Source: Amoebophrya sp. A120 (taxonomy: Eukaryota; Protista; Dinoflagellata). Taken from it: a stretch of DNA of 64,000 bases. Made by a program: the position numbers and the translations under genes. Positions 15,001-27,200 of this stretch are shown here, one piece after another. Position 1 is the stretch's first letter. Every line of letters begins with the position of its first letter. The notes under the pieces are model-generated. The model was not told where the DNA came from, made no database searches, and worked only from the letters and a program-made list of their open reading frames with translations. The stretch spans positions 1,248,493 through 1,312,492 of the forward strand of contig CAJINV010000019.1 of the NCBI GenBank assembly GCA_905178155.1. The letters run 5' to 3'.

Positions 15001-16545
15001 CCGGAGGATATCCAGACCTGGTTTCTTATTGCGGACGATGCGCTCAGTGCAGGCGGGGACGATGGGACTGAAAATAAGATTCGCGCAAGTGAGTGTGGGA
15101 AGATTCTTCCGAGCTTTCGCAGGGAAGGCGAGGCCTGGAAGTGCCTGGCGGCAGCTGGCAGCGACCGTTTGCAAATGATCGACACTGGGGACGGCACTGT
15201 GATCGGCTATGGCGTGAAAGAGAAATGTCCAGAGTGGTGTTTTGAGGCGACGCCCTCCGGGATTGCGGTTTACCTGCAGTCGCCGCAAGAGCATTCGAAA
15301 AAGTTTCTCACGTGCCGGGTGTCGGACCCAAATGCTATACGTGCCAAACTGGGGCCCCCAGCACTAGTCCCCAATGTAGAGGAACAGGGCCGCCACGCGG
15401 TGCTTCAGATAGAAGGCTTCACTGATTTGGCGGAGCTTAACCCGGACCTGGCAGAGGAGTACTCGAAGAAGTGGAAAAAGGTCAAAAATTCGCGGCAAGA
15501 AGACAACGCGGTGTTTGCGTTGCAATACGGGAATGCCAGGTTCGGGGCCGTCGCAAACGAAGGAGCGCGGGCGAAATCGGAGTGGATGGGTGCTGAGCAG
15601 GATGCCGCGGAGCATTACTGGATCTTTATTGTCGCTAATCCTGACCTTTCTGTGAACGCCGACACGGCGTGTGGATATTTGATGAGTGAGCACTTAGTAA
15701 ATGCCGACACCGGTAGGCAGGACATATGTCTCGCCCAAAATTTTCAGGAGCTCACCGTCTGTTCGCCCGAGGGGAATACCATCTGCCTGAAGCGCATGAC
15801 ACGGAAATTGGGGGGCGAGGCCCATGTCCTGGAGTTGAAGCTTTTTGTCTCGGAAGGGCAGGACGATGAAGATGCGGGGGAGAGTACACCCGAATGGTTG
15901 CGGATCCCGTACGGGGAGGAGGACAACGCCGACAGGGACGCGGGCCTTCTGGTAGAAAGCCCGACGACGACCTTGTTAGAGTACGAAGCCGCCCAGGTGA
16001 AGGTACTTGACCCCGGTCAAGATGAGAACCGGGAGGCCAAGGTGACGCGGTTGCTGAATCTGGCTGAGCACCGACAGCAACAGCAACAAGGCGAAGAAGG
16101 GGCCGCGCGCAATCGCTATCAGACGCCCCACGCCGCGGACACAGCTCTCAGATTTGGGTCGGCGTTTGGCACAAATGCCGACCTGTCTCCTCAGCGACGG
16201 CGCCCGGATGTTGATCCGGAGCCCGACTGGCCTGAGCCAGAAGATGTGGACGCGGACGAGGAAACTATCCGCGAGTGCATCTTCGATCCGGTAGGCTATT
16301 TTTTTGAGAATCGCCACTACTACCCTTATTCCGATCATGGGGTCACGAGATGGCGAGAAACGCTCTCGCAGCAGGACGCCCGCGATGTTACCGGTCGGCG
16401 CGAAGTTACCTTGCGCCAGCAGTGTGGCGGGTGTAAGATCGTGGAGGGGCCGACGCAGTATGCAGGAGTGACGACTGTTTGGGTTCACCGCCTTGGTAGG
16501 CTCTACCGCGCAGATTGGAATGATTATCCCACAGAAAAGAGCTAA
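1..16545 (+). CDS. Large multi-exon gene (possibly more than one), 5'-truncated, with canonical GT-AG introns; repeated Cys-spaced domain protein of unknown function
   Basis: Open segments bounded by AG and GT (often AG|GTAC). Examples: 1-312, 2061-2162, 2643-3122, 4752-~5274, ~6387-6974, 8278-8343, 9867-9989, 10606-10695, 11849-12016, 12582-12644, and a terminal exon 12943-16545 (ORF 12919..16545). The same F/W-x-L...CGxL...CL...C...C(F/L) motif recurs in several exons. The full exon chain is not resolved. Confidence 0.6.
12943..16545 (+). CDS. Long terminal exon (~1200 codons) of the repeat-domain gene
   Basis: Uninterrupted 1208-aa ORF, preceded by a ctgcag acceptor in phase 0; contains four copies of the Cys-spaced motif. 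Confidence 0.8.
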   Translation, partial: VVPDGEQVEIGADLEMFLEAWELTQDRAVFRLKFQADDTQPDETGNARFVVRLNEASENLSLESQKISVLAKTEQEIGDKQSELDYEWLWWFYFTPQLTPHSCVQIATSPAITQNAKEVMSCLQWPPETGAEAFTVVDCVSGKSLQAFCVEKPRWDKDAFYFFRKITEEEDLEKDSSLLSVNADNGQLLSEIPAHGADGILRMYIDKQKQHNPPKPQQAVRKAKESEIQKEAWGALLSGNDGDEESPESVGGESSFDDSKVKGMLQLYSVRKKDEEEDEDGTTQASQSPVLAVTVDNGGGPEANLRVLPVIPATGSYYEWQFKTLIKFNEKFRGHEIPCGTMQLSQHSLTAGQQLCLQQDTGSGGNLVLKQCNTVGRLVCLNVVSPGEAESTRKPGRMRVELFFGDTVTLMELHNQKAQMSSPVLVKMDDLLRQEDSTPTRYDVEVVGEEGIERRKMVETLDAIVADPDHKAKLNRCLGMDAPEPSTDGGSFLEANYRLRDPHAQPQSPERRTGDVEDCISDIESAGDQGGSLMYQYAKRMARDSLGQSLDTEIRNMLDSARSPASKLAICSMAFEKSATQSDLQLRDRCLASAQGFEEIAANVASGEAPPAEMMRTKGFRQLFQNAKTLSRITQRKNTRGKPDEKAFRMRFVYKESDELRVVSAVLVHREGGGAESVILRRVDGTPEDIQTWFLIADDALSAGGDDGTENKIRASECGKILPSFRREGEAWKCLAAAGSDRLQMIDTGDGTVIGYGVKEKCPEWCFEATPSGIAVYLQSPQEHSKKFLTCRVSDPNAIRAKLGPPALVPNVEEQGRHAVLQIEGFTDLAELNPDLAEEYSKKWKKVKNSRQEDNAVFALQYGNARFGAVANEGARAKSEWMGAEQDAAEHYWIFIVANPDLSVNADTACGYLMSEHLVNADTGRQDICLAQNFQELTVCSPEGNTICLKRMTRKLGGEAHVLELKLFVSEGQDDEDAGESTPEWLRIPYGEEDNADRDAGLLVESPTTTLLEYEAAQVKVLDPGQDENREAKVTRLLNLAEHRQQQQQGEEGAARNRYQTPHAADTALRFGSAFGTNADLSPQRRRPDVDPEPDWPEPEDVDADEETIRECIFDPVGYFFENRHYYPYSDHGVTRWRETLSQQDARDVTGRREVTLRQQCGGCKIVEGPTQYAGVTTVWVHRLGRLYRADWNDYPTEKS

Positions 16546-18725
16546 CATGTCGAATTCGATTCGGAGAGCAATTTTTTGTCAGCGGCAGAAAATTTCTCGC
16601 CAAAAAGTGCTATGCCCGGCGCCATAGGGTCGAACTTGAGGGAATTTTTTGCAAAAGTGAGCACACTTCTTGCGTGACTCAAGCAGCATGCTATGAGCTT
16701 CCCATGACAGGAGAGTTTCCGCTTGATTTATTTTTGCATTATATGGAAACAAGTTGATCTGGATATGCATATGCTAGCTTGTGTCTGTACGATAATCGCG
16801 AAGAGCAGTTTGAAGTTACTGAAAAACTGCCTGACGTCGACGGCGGGGGGATGGCGACCCTAGTGCTGGACCCTACGGAAGACCAGCAGCTGGCCACGAT
16901 TTTCGAGTCGGGACGCAGCATCACAACTCATTGCAGCACTGACTCTTACGCAGAACACCGTGCCCGCGAAGTGTAGTCGCGAGTTGCCCACGATGATGTA
17001 GAGTGAACGCTCCTGCTGCCGGGCAAAGCGGCAGACACTGGGTACCACTACCTCTGACCACTGAGCTCTCCCGAAACTGTGCAAGCTTGTGCGTGTGTGT
17101 TTGTACACTGACGCGCACGCCGCGAGACGAGTGCGCCCATTCACGATTTGTGATATTTCTTCTTCATCTTCGCATTTTAACTTTTCGCTTTTTTTATTTA
17201 TTTTATGAACTTTTCAATTCTGGAGGAAAAAAAATTCGTCTACAGGTAGTTGGCAGGCGTTTACTAAACTTACTCAAAGCTTCACCTATTTTTTTTTGCG
17301 AAAATTTCAGTAAATCTAAATTCGTTGCTCTCAGGGCGCCATACTTTTCGATTTTTGAGGCTATGCCGAAACCTCTCGAGCCATTTTTATACTGCAACTG
17401 TTTTTTTTTTCCGTCTGTGCGAACCTTTGCCACAGTTTTCGATGAGTCGCTTTTTTTTTTAATCTCAGGTCGCATTTCCAAGAATGTTTTCTTTTTCCTT
17501 CACGGTATTCCGATTATTTTTTCAAAAGATTGATCTTTATGTTTATCTGCTCAAAAGAAAAGCCCGCACAGAAGCGTAGTCAAGGCCATCATAAGTTTAA
17601 CTAATTGACAAGTAGAATTTATCACGTTCATTGTCTAGTATGGGATATTTTTTTGCCACGAGCACGACCAAGAAAGGATCGTGGCACTACGAAGCAGCTT
17701 TTTACTGATTTTATTCCATGCCTATTTCTCATCTGTTTCCATTTTTTGACAGTTTCCTCTTTTGATTTTTTATTTTTTCGTGATGCGCATCGGCACGCAA
17801 GAACATTGTGAACTACTATCCAAGTGCAAATTATATCTGTTGGACAAATGCTAATAGTAAAAGTAATATCAAGGCCGGCAGGCTGGTAGTTGCGCACGCA
17901 TTCGAAACAAGCAGGGGTAGGAGTACAGTTGCAACCAGAAACGAAAGCGTGCAGCCGATTCGATCTTGAAACAGCTTTTTTCAGGAGCGCTAGTAGCAAG
18001 AGTGGCCTGGCTTTTCTATTTTGCCGTTCCGTGGGCAACACTCTCTGCAGTTGCCTTTTCTTCGTGGTATTGATTTGTTTATTTCGTTATTGTTCATAGG
18101 TTGGCCGCCAGGTGGAGGTGCAGTCAGATACATACAAAGCGGCCTCTCTCGTCGGTCTTGCTACTCTATGTCGCTCGTTTTTTCGTGTTGTTTTTTTCGC
18201 AGCGTCCGCGTATGCCCGACACGCTCTCAATCGTCCCACTGTGTCTTTACTCGTTCGCATTTTTTGTCGTGGTTTTTTCTACTTGCCCGCAGAAATCGTT
18301 TAGTGGAAATTTCACCAGGTGGAAGGCATGTTCATGTCGCAGCAACGAAGGAAAGTCCTTTTTTTTGTGAAACCACGTGCAGGCTGCTGATAGCGCCCTT
18401 TTGTTTCGTTCTTAGACAAGAGGGAGCCTTTTTTAACTTCGTTCCCATATTATCCCACACAGAAACTACAGGTAGATTACTTTGTTTAGAATTATCAGCG
18501 TCTACTTGCGCCACTCTGTTTCCTCCACTGTAGCAGCAGCAGTACCCCTGCGCAGCAGTAGTTTTCCATACCACTACTCGAGTAAGAAAAAAAAACACGA
18601 AACTGCAACACTAGAAGTACCAGCTTTGCTTTCACCAAAAAATTGTCCTCCTCGTATTGAAACTACAAAGCACAACACCGGTTGGAGCCTAGATAGATCG
18701 GTTGCGTTCAACTTCAAGCGCAAAG

Positions 18726-21700
18726 ATGGACGAGGCCAGCAAGCTTTCCCCGGGGAAGACGGAGTCCACCGCGGTGCCCTCTCCCTCGACGAAGGGCGGC
18801 TCCCCCGAAAAGGCTTCGGAAGAAGAAGTGCGGGCAAGGCTGTTCAAGGTACAAAGAGTTTTTTTTTTATCCCAGTAGCATGCTTGCCAAATAACAAAGA
18901 AATAAGGTTGTTGATCAATTGTCGCTTCTAAGTAAACTGATGACTCGTCAATCGTGGATTCTCTGCATCGTTGGATATTAATTAAGAATTTTAGACTTGA
19001 TCATGAAAAAAACACCAGGGCCTCGGACGCGACCTCCTTTTGTCGATCAAAGAAGGCTATCGAATGCAAATATTTTCGTTTTGGTTTTGGGTCTGCCAGA
19101 AACCCGTAAAAGTAGTAATTTGAATAAAAGTTAACCCACTTGCACGACCCCCGCACGACACGCTGCAGGTTTTTTTTTTGTAGCCGATATTATACGATGC
19201 AGCTCCACTCCTGCGCGGTCACTAGGCATGAATAGATTTTATCGGAGCCGGGGTTGTCATCTCAAAGCCCAGCTGCTGAACACTACATATTGATCTCGTC
19301 TCGACCCAGAAGATCGACGTGTATTTGCAATCCATAAGGGCGACATGCACAAGGCGCAAGGGCTATCCTGAGTAAAAACGTACCCACACCATAGTCAAGA
19401 TGGGGAATCGGCTAGACAAATCCACAAGTTTTGGCTGTTTTGCATGACAAATTTGGATTCGTAGTGTAGTGCTGTTTGAGCTAGCTCAGCAGCATCACAG
19501 ATCTAGCATACCATGCTGATTGGAGCATGACAAATTGCAAAACACGACTAGAAAATGCTTCTCATGGGGCTCCGCATGAGAAACGTTTTCAGGATGCAGA
19601 TTTGCATGACAACTCTGGTGTGGGTACGTTTTTACTCAGGATAAGGGCTGATCATGGGCGGTGTGGAACTGGATGCCCGGGAGCCGGTGACCGGGCGTAT
19701 CAAATGCAAAAATGTCTGGGTCTGGGAGGATGGAACTTGTGATGCTGTCTGTAGATTCCAAAAAAGTCTGTATTGCATGACCAGCAAAAGGAGTCCACAT
19801 TGTCCTACGCGGAGAGGGCATCTCTCATGCGGAATACGCACCAGAAAGCCCTCTCAAAATCAGTGATGCTAGGCCATGCATTACAGGCATGATGCGTCAT
19901 GCAAAATATGCATCACAAACCTCGCACTCTTCCAGACCCCGACATATTTGCATTTGATAGAGCGCACCGCTTTGCATCTCGCCGTGCAGATATCAGGGGA
20001 AAAACAAGTTTTGTTTCAGTGCAACAACGTGACTGATCGACATCAAAGCGCCGTCTACATCAAAACCCATAGAAGAAGCAGATCCGCGGCCATTTTTTCT
20101 GTCAGAATCTTCACGTTTAACAAACACAAACTTCTAGGGTAGAATATGTGCTGTCGTGCTTTCTATGATCTGCGAGAAAGCACAGAATTAAAGTTGTAAG
20201 GTCTTGCACTGAGTAGAACATGCTTGTTTTTCTGTCGATACCAAAAGACCGCCATGGGGGTCGTGAAGCTGCTCGTGCAACACAAGATTGACGTGAACGC
20301 GGTGGACCGCATCGGTGAGGTCACAGCCCTGCACGTCGCTGCGCACCGCTATGCCAAAGAAAAAAGCTAGCCTAGCAGTATGATCGTTTGATTTGGGAAG
20401 CAAAACAAAGCGATATAGGCCGTGTGAAATTTTTAAACTCTGTCATGGGCCGCGAGCTGTCTAGGGCATTGCAGTGTTCTTGGAACTGGGCAGGAGAAAA
20501 TGACACAAGCTTTTTTTTGCAGCAAGTGCAAGTGATGTTTTCGCATGACAAATTCGACATGTGCAGTCGGCTATGCATGACAAATTCGAGATGCTAGCTT
20601 CAATTTTCTGTTGGATAATTAAGGGCAGATGGTGATGCTGAAGCACTTGCTGGCCGCGAAGGCGAATTTGAACCTGGTCGGCGTGGAGGGCGACACTCCG
20701 TTGTCGCGGGCGGTATGACAGTGCACAACTCCCCCGCGTTCCCATTTGTCATGCAGAATACCAAATCCACGCTTTCCCTCCTGTCACTATGATGCATGAC
20801 AAGTTCTGCTAGCCCAAATAGCACTACAATCCAGCTCAAATTTGTCATGCAAAACCAGCATTCTTGCTGATGCTTGTATAACCGTTCATGCTATAGAAAT
20901 GAGGGGGAGGGGTAGTTGTGCACTGTCATAGGCGGCTACGCAGGGCCACTTAAAGGTGCTCGACTCGCTTATCTCTAATGGGGCCATCTGCGACCTGAAG
21001 CAGCGGCAAAGCATCAACGAGTGGCAGCAGGCCGAGATCGAGATGAAGCAGCTGGCCCTCCAGCAAAGCACGACGGCCTCGGGGTCGCAGCGCGGGCGGA
21101 GCCCCATATGATGGTGAACAACTCGCTCCCACTTGTTCTTCCCTTGACTTGAATAAACGCATAATGTCTACTTGCAGCAACAGAAGCAACGCCATCGCCA
21201 AAAAACAAGTATAGCTTCTGCATGACATTCACAATATCGAACGAATTCTGACAGTGATTCATTAATCACAGTTCAATATTCGGGAGGTTCATCCTGGTCC
21301 GAAATTTGTTTATGTCGGCAGTGTTTATTTCTGCAGGCGAGAAACCGGATTTGGTACTTCTGTTGCATTTACATTTGAGCGGAAATTGAAATTGTAGTAG
21401 GGCAAGATGTTTACTGTCATACTCCACGCGCAGTATGCAGGGCCATGGCGACCGCGCTTTCCAACCCGCAGTTCGGGACCGCCGGGAGCCGGTGTCTGCG
21501 CTAGTGAATATGGATTGCAAAAATATCTGGGTCTGGAAACTTGTGATGCTAAAATGTGGATGATGGAAACACACCCGAATGCAACCCAGCATGACAACTT
21601 TCCAAGACGCTTTCCCATAGGCAATCCGCATGAGGAACTGCGTTTTTGCATGTACAAAAGAGGCTCCGACTTTTGTTGGTTATGCAATACAGATTTTCTA

Positions 21701-22865
21701 GGTATGGAAAGCTAGCATTACAAGTTCCACCCTTCCAGACCCAGACATTTTTGCAATCCATAGTGAAGGCCGTGAAGCGAAACTGCGGCATTCCGGTGGT
21801 TAAAACGCTGCTAGAGATATCCAACGAGAAAAAACTGTGTTCGTGCCACTTGCTTGATACAATGGACGAAAAGCATGACAAATTCACTCTGCGTGACAGA
21901 CTTGAAGACGTGTCATGCCTTGCCAGCACGTGCATTTGAAAAGGAAACAAACACTCAGCTCGGAAAAATCAATAGGTGCGCAAGTACCTAATCACCTGAG
22001 AACGGCCCTGGCCTCGCATGAGAACAAATCTAACTGTCTTGCATGGGGTCGTGCAACTACTTACACGACGAGCTTACACTAAACAGAGTTTTTTCCCCTG
22101 GACAGGACATCGGGTGCGACTCCAATCGGACGGATGAAAAGATGAACCGACCACTCCACGTTGCGGCCCACTACGGAAACGCGAACACGTGCCGGCTCTT
22201 GCTCCATGCGAAGGCTGCGGTGAACGTCGGTAACCACCTGGGCCGCACGCCCCTGCACTTCGCGGCGCGTTCTGGCCACGCCCGAATCTTCCGCATGTTG
22301 CTCGACTACAAGGCCGAAATTAACGCCGAGGACCGCTTTGGGCAGACGCCACTCACCCTGTGCTGCGACACGATGATGTATCCACAGTAATTTTCAATTT
22401 GCATCACTACACTGTGACAAATTTTTGCACTTTTGCATAAAGAGAAAGTTCACCTCCTGCCAGCACTACTCAAGTACTTTCATCCTACAACTCAGCACTT
22501 AACATTTAGAAGCACTGCAGGGTTTTGATGAAGATGTTATGTTCATCTTTCGGAAGCAGAAGTTCTAGTACATGCACCGTGCACTGACTTGTCCTTGTGT
22601 GGTAAATTTGTACTTGCATAAGACGCAGAAGCTGGTGAAGGACAACGGTGGTACCCCCGGATACTCCGACGAACACAACGATGTTTCGCCACCGGTTTCG
22701 CCCGCGCGGTCCCTGTCCCCCGCACGGAGCCCGAGCCCGGACACCGCGCCGCGATTCAACCCGGCCGGCGCCAGTGCCGGCAGCCAACCCGGCTCCCCCG
22801 CCACAAAACGGTCCCAGGCCAACAAGTTGCAGGGCTCCCCGGCCTTCTTCCAAGAGCGACACTAG
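18726..22865 (+). CDS. Ankyrin repeat protein (~421 aa); 1 canonical intron (18849-19018) and 10 introners
   Basis: Splicing out each element plus 5 nt gives a 1266-nt open frame with ankyrin motifs GRTALHLAVQ, VTALHVAAHRG, GDTPLSRAATQGH, RPLHVAAHYGN, GRTPLHFAARSGH and GQTPL. Confidence 0.9.
19058..19336. mobile_element. Introner, degenerate family A
   Basis: tatcgaatgcaaatat...gtatttgcaatccata; DR aaggc/agggc; frame restored. Confidence 0.8.
19364..19643. mobile_element. Introner family B
   Basis: TIR tatcctgagtaaaaacgtacccacacca; DR agggc/agggc. Confidence 0.95.
19698..19959. mobile_element. Introner family A
   Basis: TIR tatcaaatgcaaaaatgtctgggtctgg; DR gggcg/gagcg. Confidence 0.95.
19991..20240. 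mobile_element. Introner, singleton, diverged
   Basis: tatcaggggaaaaacaag...cttgtttttctgtcgata; DR gcaga/ccaaa; frame restored. Confidence 0.8.
20350..20617. mobile_element. Introner, singleton, diverged
   Basis: tatgccaaagaaaaaagctagc...gctagcttcaattttctgttggata; DR decayed (accgc/attaa), but removing element plus 5 nt restores ankyrin HVAAHRG. Confidence 0.7.
20714..20930. mobile_element. Introner family C
   Basis: TIR tatgacagtgcacaact; DR ggcgg/ggcgg. Confidence 0.95.
21107..21421. mobile_element. Introner, family C-like, diverged
   Basis: tatgatggtgaaca...tgtttactgtcata; DR cccca/ctcca. Confidence 0.8.
21509..21762. mobile_element. Introner family A
   Basis: tatggattgcaaaaatatctgggtctgg...ccagacccagacatttttgcaatccata; DR gtgaa/gtgaa. 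Confidence 0.95.
21818..22104. mobile_element. Introner, singleton, diverged
   Basis: tatccaacgagaaaaaactgtgtt...aacagagttttttcccctggaca; DR agaga/ggaca. Confidence 0.75.
22379..22620. mobile_element. Introner, strongly diverged
   Basis: tatccacagtaattt...aaatttgtacttgcata; DR tgatg/agacg; frame restored. Confidence 0.65.
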
Positions 22866-22989
22866 TGGCGAAGGGTTGTCGACATATGATAAAAAGGGAA
22901 AAGTTTTTGTTTGGGTAGAACGATCAGCATGTATACGCAAAACATGAAACAAATCCTAAGCTGCCAAGTGTATCCAACATTCGCATATA

Positions 22990-23160
22990 GCATATCCTGT
23001 TTTAACAACTATTCACTCACTTACAATTTCTTGTAACATCGGGACCACATGTGCATAAAAACATGCGGCACAGACCCAGTCGAAAGTTAGCAAAAGCATA
23101 TCCTGTTTTCAACTCACTCTTCTTACAAATTCTAATCAGCAACCATGGGCATATCCTGCA
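22990..23160. repeat. Degenerate short direct repeats downstream of the ankyrin gene
   Basis: gcatatcctg occurs three times (~22990, ~23097, ~23149); two copies continue tttt(a/c)a(a)c...cttacaa(t/a)ttct. Confidence 0.5.
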
Positions 23161-24210
23161 ATCAAATCTACAGTAAAAACTTCTAAAACACTCAGCAAAA
23201 AGAAGCTATTTCTATTTTAGAGTTTTATACATAATAGCATCGCTGGATACTGCTTTTGCAGTGGCAGCAGCCTATTTTTCTACCCTGTGGAGGTTCCGCT
23301 CGCTGAAATTTGAGTCGGGACAAAAAATCTACCCTCTAAAAACAATCAAGCAAAAATCCGGTTCTGGCGCTCTGTTCACAGTAATAAACCACTGTGATAG
23401 AAGAAGATGACAACAAAACCGCGTTTCTTTTGTAGCCCACTCCAGCCGCGATACCCTCGCGACGGAGGGGGCGATTCATTTTTGGGAAAACATGAAAACA
23501 TAAACAGCATATAACATCGCAATTTTATCACGACCCTGCTTTGGGAACATGAAAACATACTGGCAACAAAATTTTTCCCGGCGCTACCTTACAGACGGTG
23601 GCAGAGTTGTGGTGCCGCTTTTTCTTTTCGTTTAGTTCGTGTTTCGGCTTGAGGGATACCTAGGATCGATTAAAGTCGAGACATCACTTACCAGAAACAG
23701 AATCAACTTGAACTTGCATTTTTTTCGTAAAAGCCTTTTCCGCGATCTTTTCCATGGTGATCAACATCATGATTTTTCGTGGCTTTTCGGATCCTCATGT
23801 GCATCACGTGATCGTACAACTCGGTAGAATTTTCCTCAGAGGTGTCGTCGCAGATCGGTACTGGCAAAGATACATCTCTCGCTCACAAGCGATCTTAGAG
23901 AAATTTTTGCGACGTTGAATGGTTTTGACAAGTTGTTTGCAGAAGTGCAAGTAGCATCATTTTGGAGTTCTTGGCAGTAAGCAGTTCTCTCGTAGCATCG
24001 TTTAGAGTGGCTCTGCAGATCTTTGTTTTTCGTACACAACATCTCTATTCGGATGGCGGAATTTTACAGACGGAAATCTTGCTAGTGCTGTGGTATAGCC
24101 AGGTTTTTGAGTGAGTACCGTTTTCTATGATGTCGTCGTTGGTTATGGTAGCGTCCGTTAGATACGATTAGCTCTAGAACAACAGCAGGAACAGCAACAA
24201 ATTGCCCCAG

Positions 24211-27200
24211 ATGAGGCACCAGCACGACCACAAGAAAAGGTTCACTTACGTCAGACTTCTTCACCTCCCAGAGACCAAGCTCGCGATGCCCTGCCGCCTC
24301 ATGCACCGGAACGTCCCGACTTTCCGGAAAGAAGTGAGAAAGGTACTGCTAGTACCGCAGAAAAAATTTCATTTCTCGACCCGCGTCCTCGTTTTCCTTT
24401 CCGCCCTGAGCCTCTTGCTTTTTGTTTTTTCAGCCCGCGGACAAGAGGTTAACAAAGCAAGTGCAAGAGATGAACCTGCAAAAGCTGGAACTGCTGGGGT
24501 CCGCGAACTACTTGTGTCAGACGCTCATCAACGACCACCTGAGCACGCTTCTAGCGGCCGCGCACTCTCCACCACCTTCGCAGAAAACGAGGTACATTTT
24601 AAGTATCAAGCGGCTGATAGTGTGGGGGAAGTTTATCCTGAGTAAAAACGTACCCACACCAGAGTCAGGATGGGGATTTTGCAACACAAACCTAGGAGTT
24701 TTGTGAGTCACGCATGACAAGTTGCACTCTGCAGTGTAGTGCAGGTTAGCAAGTGCAGCCGCGTCACAGATTCATCTGCTCATCCTGTTCACAGCATCAC
24801 AAATTCCAAAACACGATTGAAAATGGCTCTCATGCGGATGCGCATTACAAGTCTTCCTGTCTTTGCAAATCTGCATTACAACTCTGGCGTGGCTACGTTT
24901 TTCCTCAGGATAAAGTTTATTGGTGCCTCAGCTGCGGGATGTACCGGATCACTGGTGCGAAGAAGCACAGAAGTGATAGTACGGAGAGGGAGAACAAAGT
25001 TTACGGAAAAACAAACACAAAAACCGCGGTTTCCGTCGTGCTGCATGCAAAGGAGAGGAAAATTTTTACCATGTTCCACGCGGAACGGGCCTCTGAAGGC
25101 GTTGGAGACCAACATCACGAGGACAACGTCTTCGGGAAAGCCGAAGACCGCGCGTCCGTACGCCAGTGCCTGTGGTACCCCTTTCCCGGCGGGGGTGCGG
25201 CGGGGGAACGAGGTGAACAGGAGAAGGATGAGTTTGTTTCTTCGTCATCAGCATCACAAACAGTGCTTGGCGCGGAAAAGAAAGCGCTGAGAGAGATCCA
25301 ACAGAACCTTGTGAGAGCTTGGGATAAAGAAAGCAAGGACAAAGCTGGAGCTGCTTCCGGTACTAGTAGTGCATCAGACGTCGTCGACTTCGAAGCAGAT
25401 GAGCCTAGAAATTCCCTCGTCCTTCCCTGGGTGCGCGGGAAGGAAATTCGAATAGAAACAACACGACCGCCGGATAGTGGGGAGGAAGCGCCGTCATATT
25501 TCTCCTTCGCCAACTCCGCTGCATTGACGCAACCGCAAGGAAGTAGAAATCAGAGGAACAAAGAGCTTCTGACCACGAAGAAAATCACGATTTTGAAGCG
25601 AACCAAGAGAACGAATTCATCTGCAGCAGGAGACAACAGCTCACGTACTACAGGGTCCTCTACTACACCAGCAGCTCCAGCTGCAGGAGATCAACATGAT
25701 AATAAGCTTACAGAGTCCTCTACTTCTACTCCGCCTTCCTTCTACACTGCGACGGAGTACCAATCCGTTTTCGACGAGAACGAGAACTACTCGCCGCCCT
25801 TCCTGCCAAAACTCGATCCCCGGAACATTTTTGACAGTGACTGCGAGCGGTACTCGGAGCTTTTGCACGGGGAAATCCTGGCGCATTTCGGCTTGAGTGG
25901 ATTGGGCAGCGACAGGTCACTCGCACTGCTGGACTTGGTGGCCGCTTTTGATAGTGCAGCTGGTGATGTCCTCGACGGCCGTGGTGGTGGTGGGTCAACA
26001 CCATCTTCTGCCAGTGAAAAGGTAAATATCTTCCAGCCAGAAGTACTGGCAGCGGCTGGGCTGGCGCTGCCGGGCGAACTGGCCGTCGTGCTGCAGGATC
26101 CGGATATCAAATGTAAAAATGTCTGGGTCTGGAAGATTGCCAGGTTTGTCATGCATATTCTGAATGACCCTGACCCATGATGTCTGTGATGCATGCCCTA
26201 GCGTCACAGATTTTTAGAGGACTTTGCGATGCCTCTACCGCATGAGAGAAGCCCTCCCCGTGTAGCACAAACTGGAGTCCTTTTGCTAGGCATGCAATAG
26301 AGATTTTTTTGGAATCGAAAGACAGCGTCACAGGTTACCACCTTCCAGACCCAGACATTTTCACATTTGATACCAAAAATGCCGGCACAATTTCTCCCAT
26401 TAAATTTCGCCGCGGGTCAGAACTTCAGCATGCGCTTCGATTACGAATCAGAAGAGATTCTGCTCGGGACGATGAACCGAAAAGGGGATAATTATTTACC
26501 GGATGTCGCCAATCATCCAGTTCCAGCGGGAGGATTTGATGAAAACGTAGTTCTTGAGAAGAAAGTATCCAAGGGCGAATTGCTGGCGGTCAACAAGTAC
26601 AGCGTTCCGCGGTCTTCAAGAACGACGCCGCCTTCGGATTCTCACGACGGAACAGAAGAAGTCAAGGGCTCGCCACAACAACTTTTCCGGCGCGTGAAGC
26701 TGAACGTCCAGTATTCCCCCATCAAGACTCTGACACTACTACTCACGGAAGAGGGCGAGGTTTTCACGAACCTTGCGACGAAATTGGACGACATCGACCC
26801 GGTGTCCGGGAAAAACGCCGGCCAGACGGACAATGTTTGCGCGGAGACGAGTAGTAGAACTACGGATGAATATGATCAACAGTATGATGGCAGCATCAAT
26901 CAAGGAGCTTTGTCGGACGACGAGGACGACGAGGAAAGCAGTCTTTTCTTCCACCATGCAATTGCTGGAGCCGCAGGGTTATATCCTATGGGGCAAGGCG
27001 GGACCGGTGCAGCTGCTCTATCTCTTGAAAACCAGCAGAGCCTATGGAAGTTTTGGGGCACGCAAACCGTGGACGACCTGGAGTGCGTCGGGTTTGAAGC
27101 CCATCTCTCCCGGAAGAGAAAACTGATTCTGTTTTTCGAGAAAGATGTCCTTGTCCAGATTGAGGTGCGGATTAGTGGGTCTACAGGACCACAAACGGGA

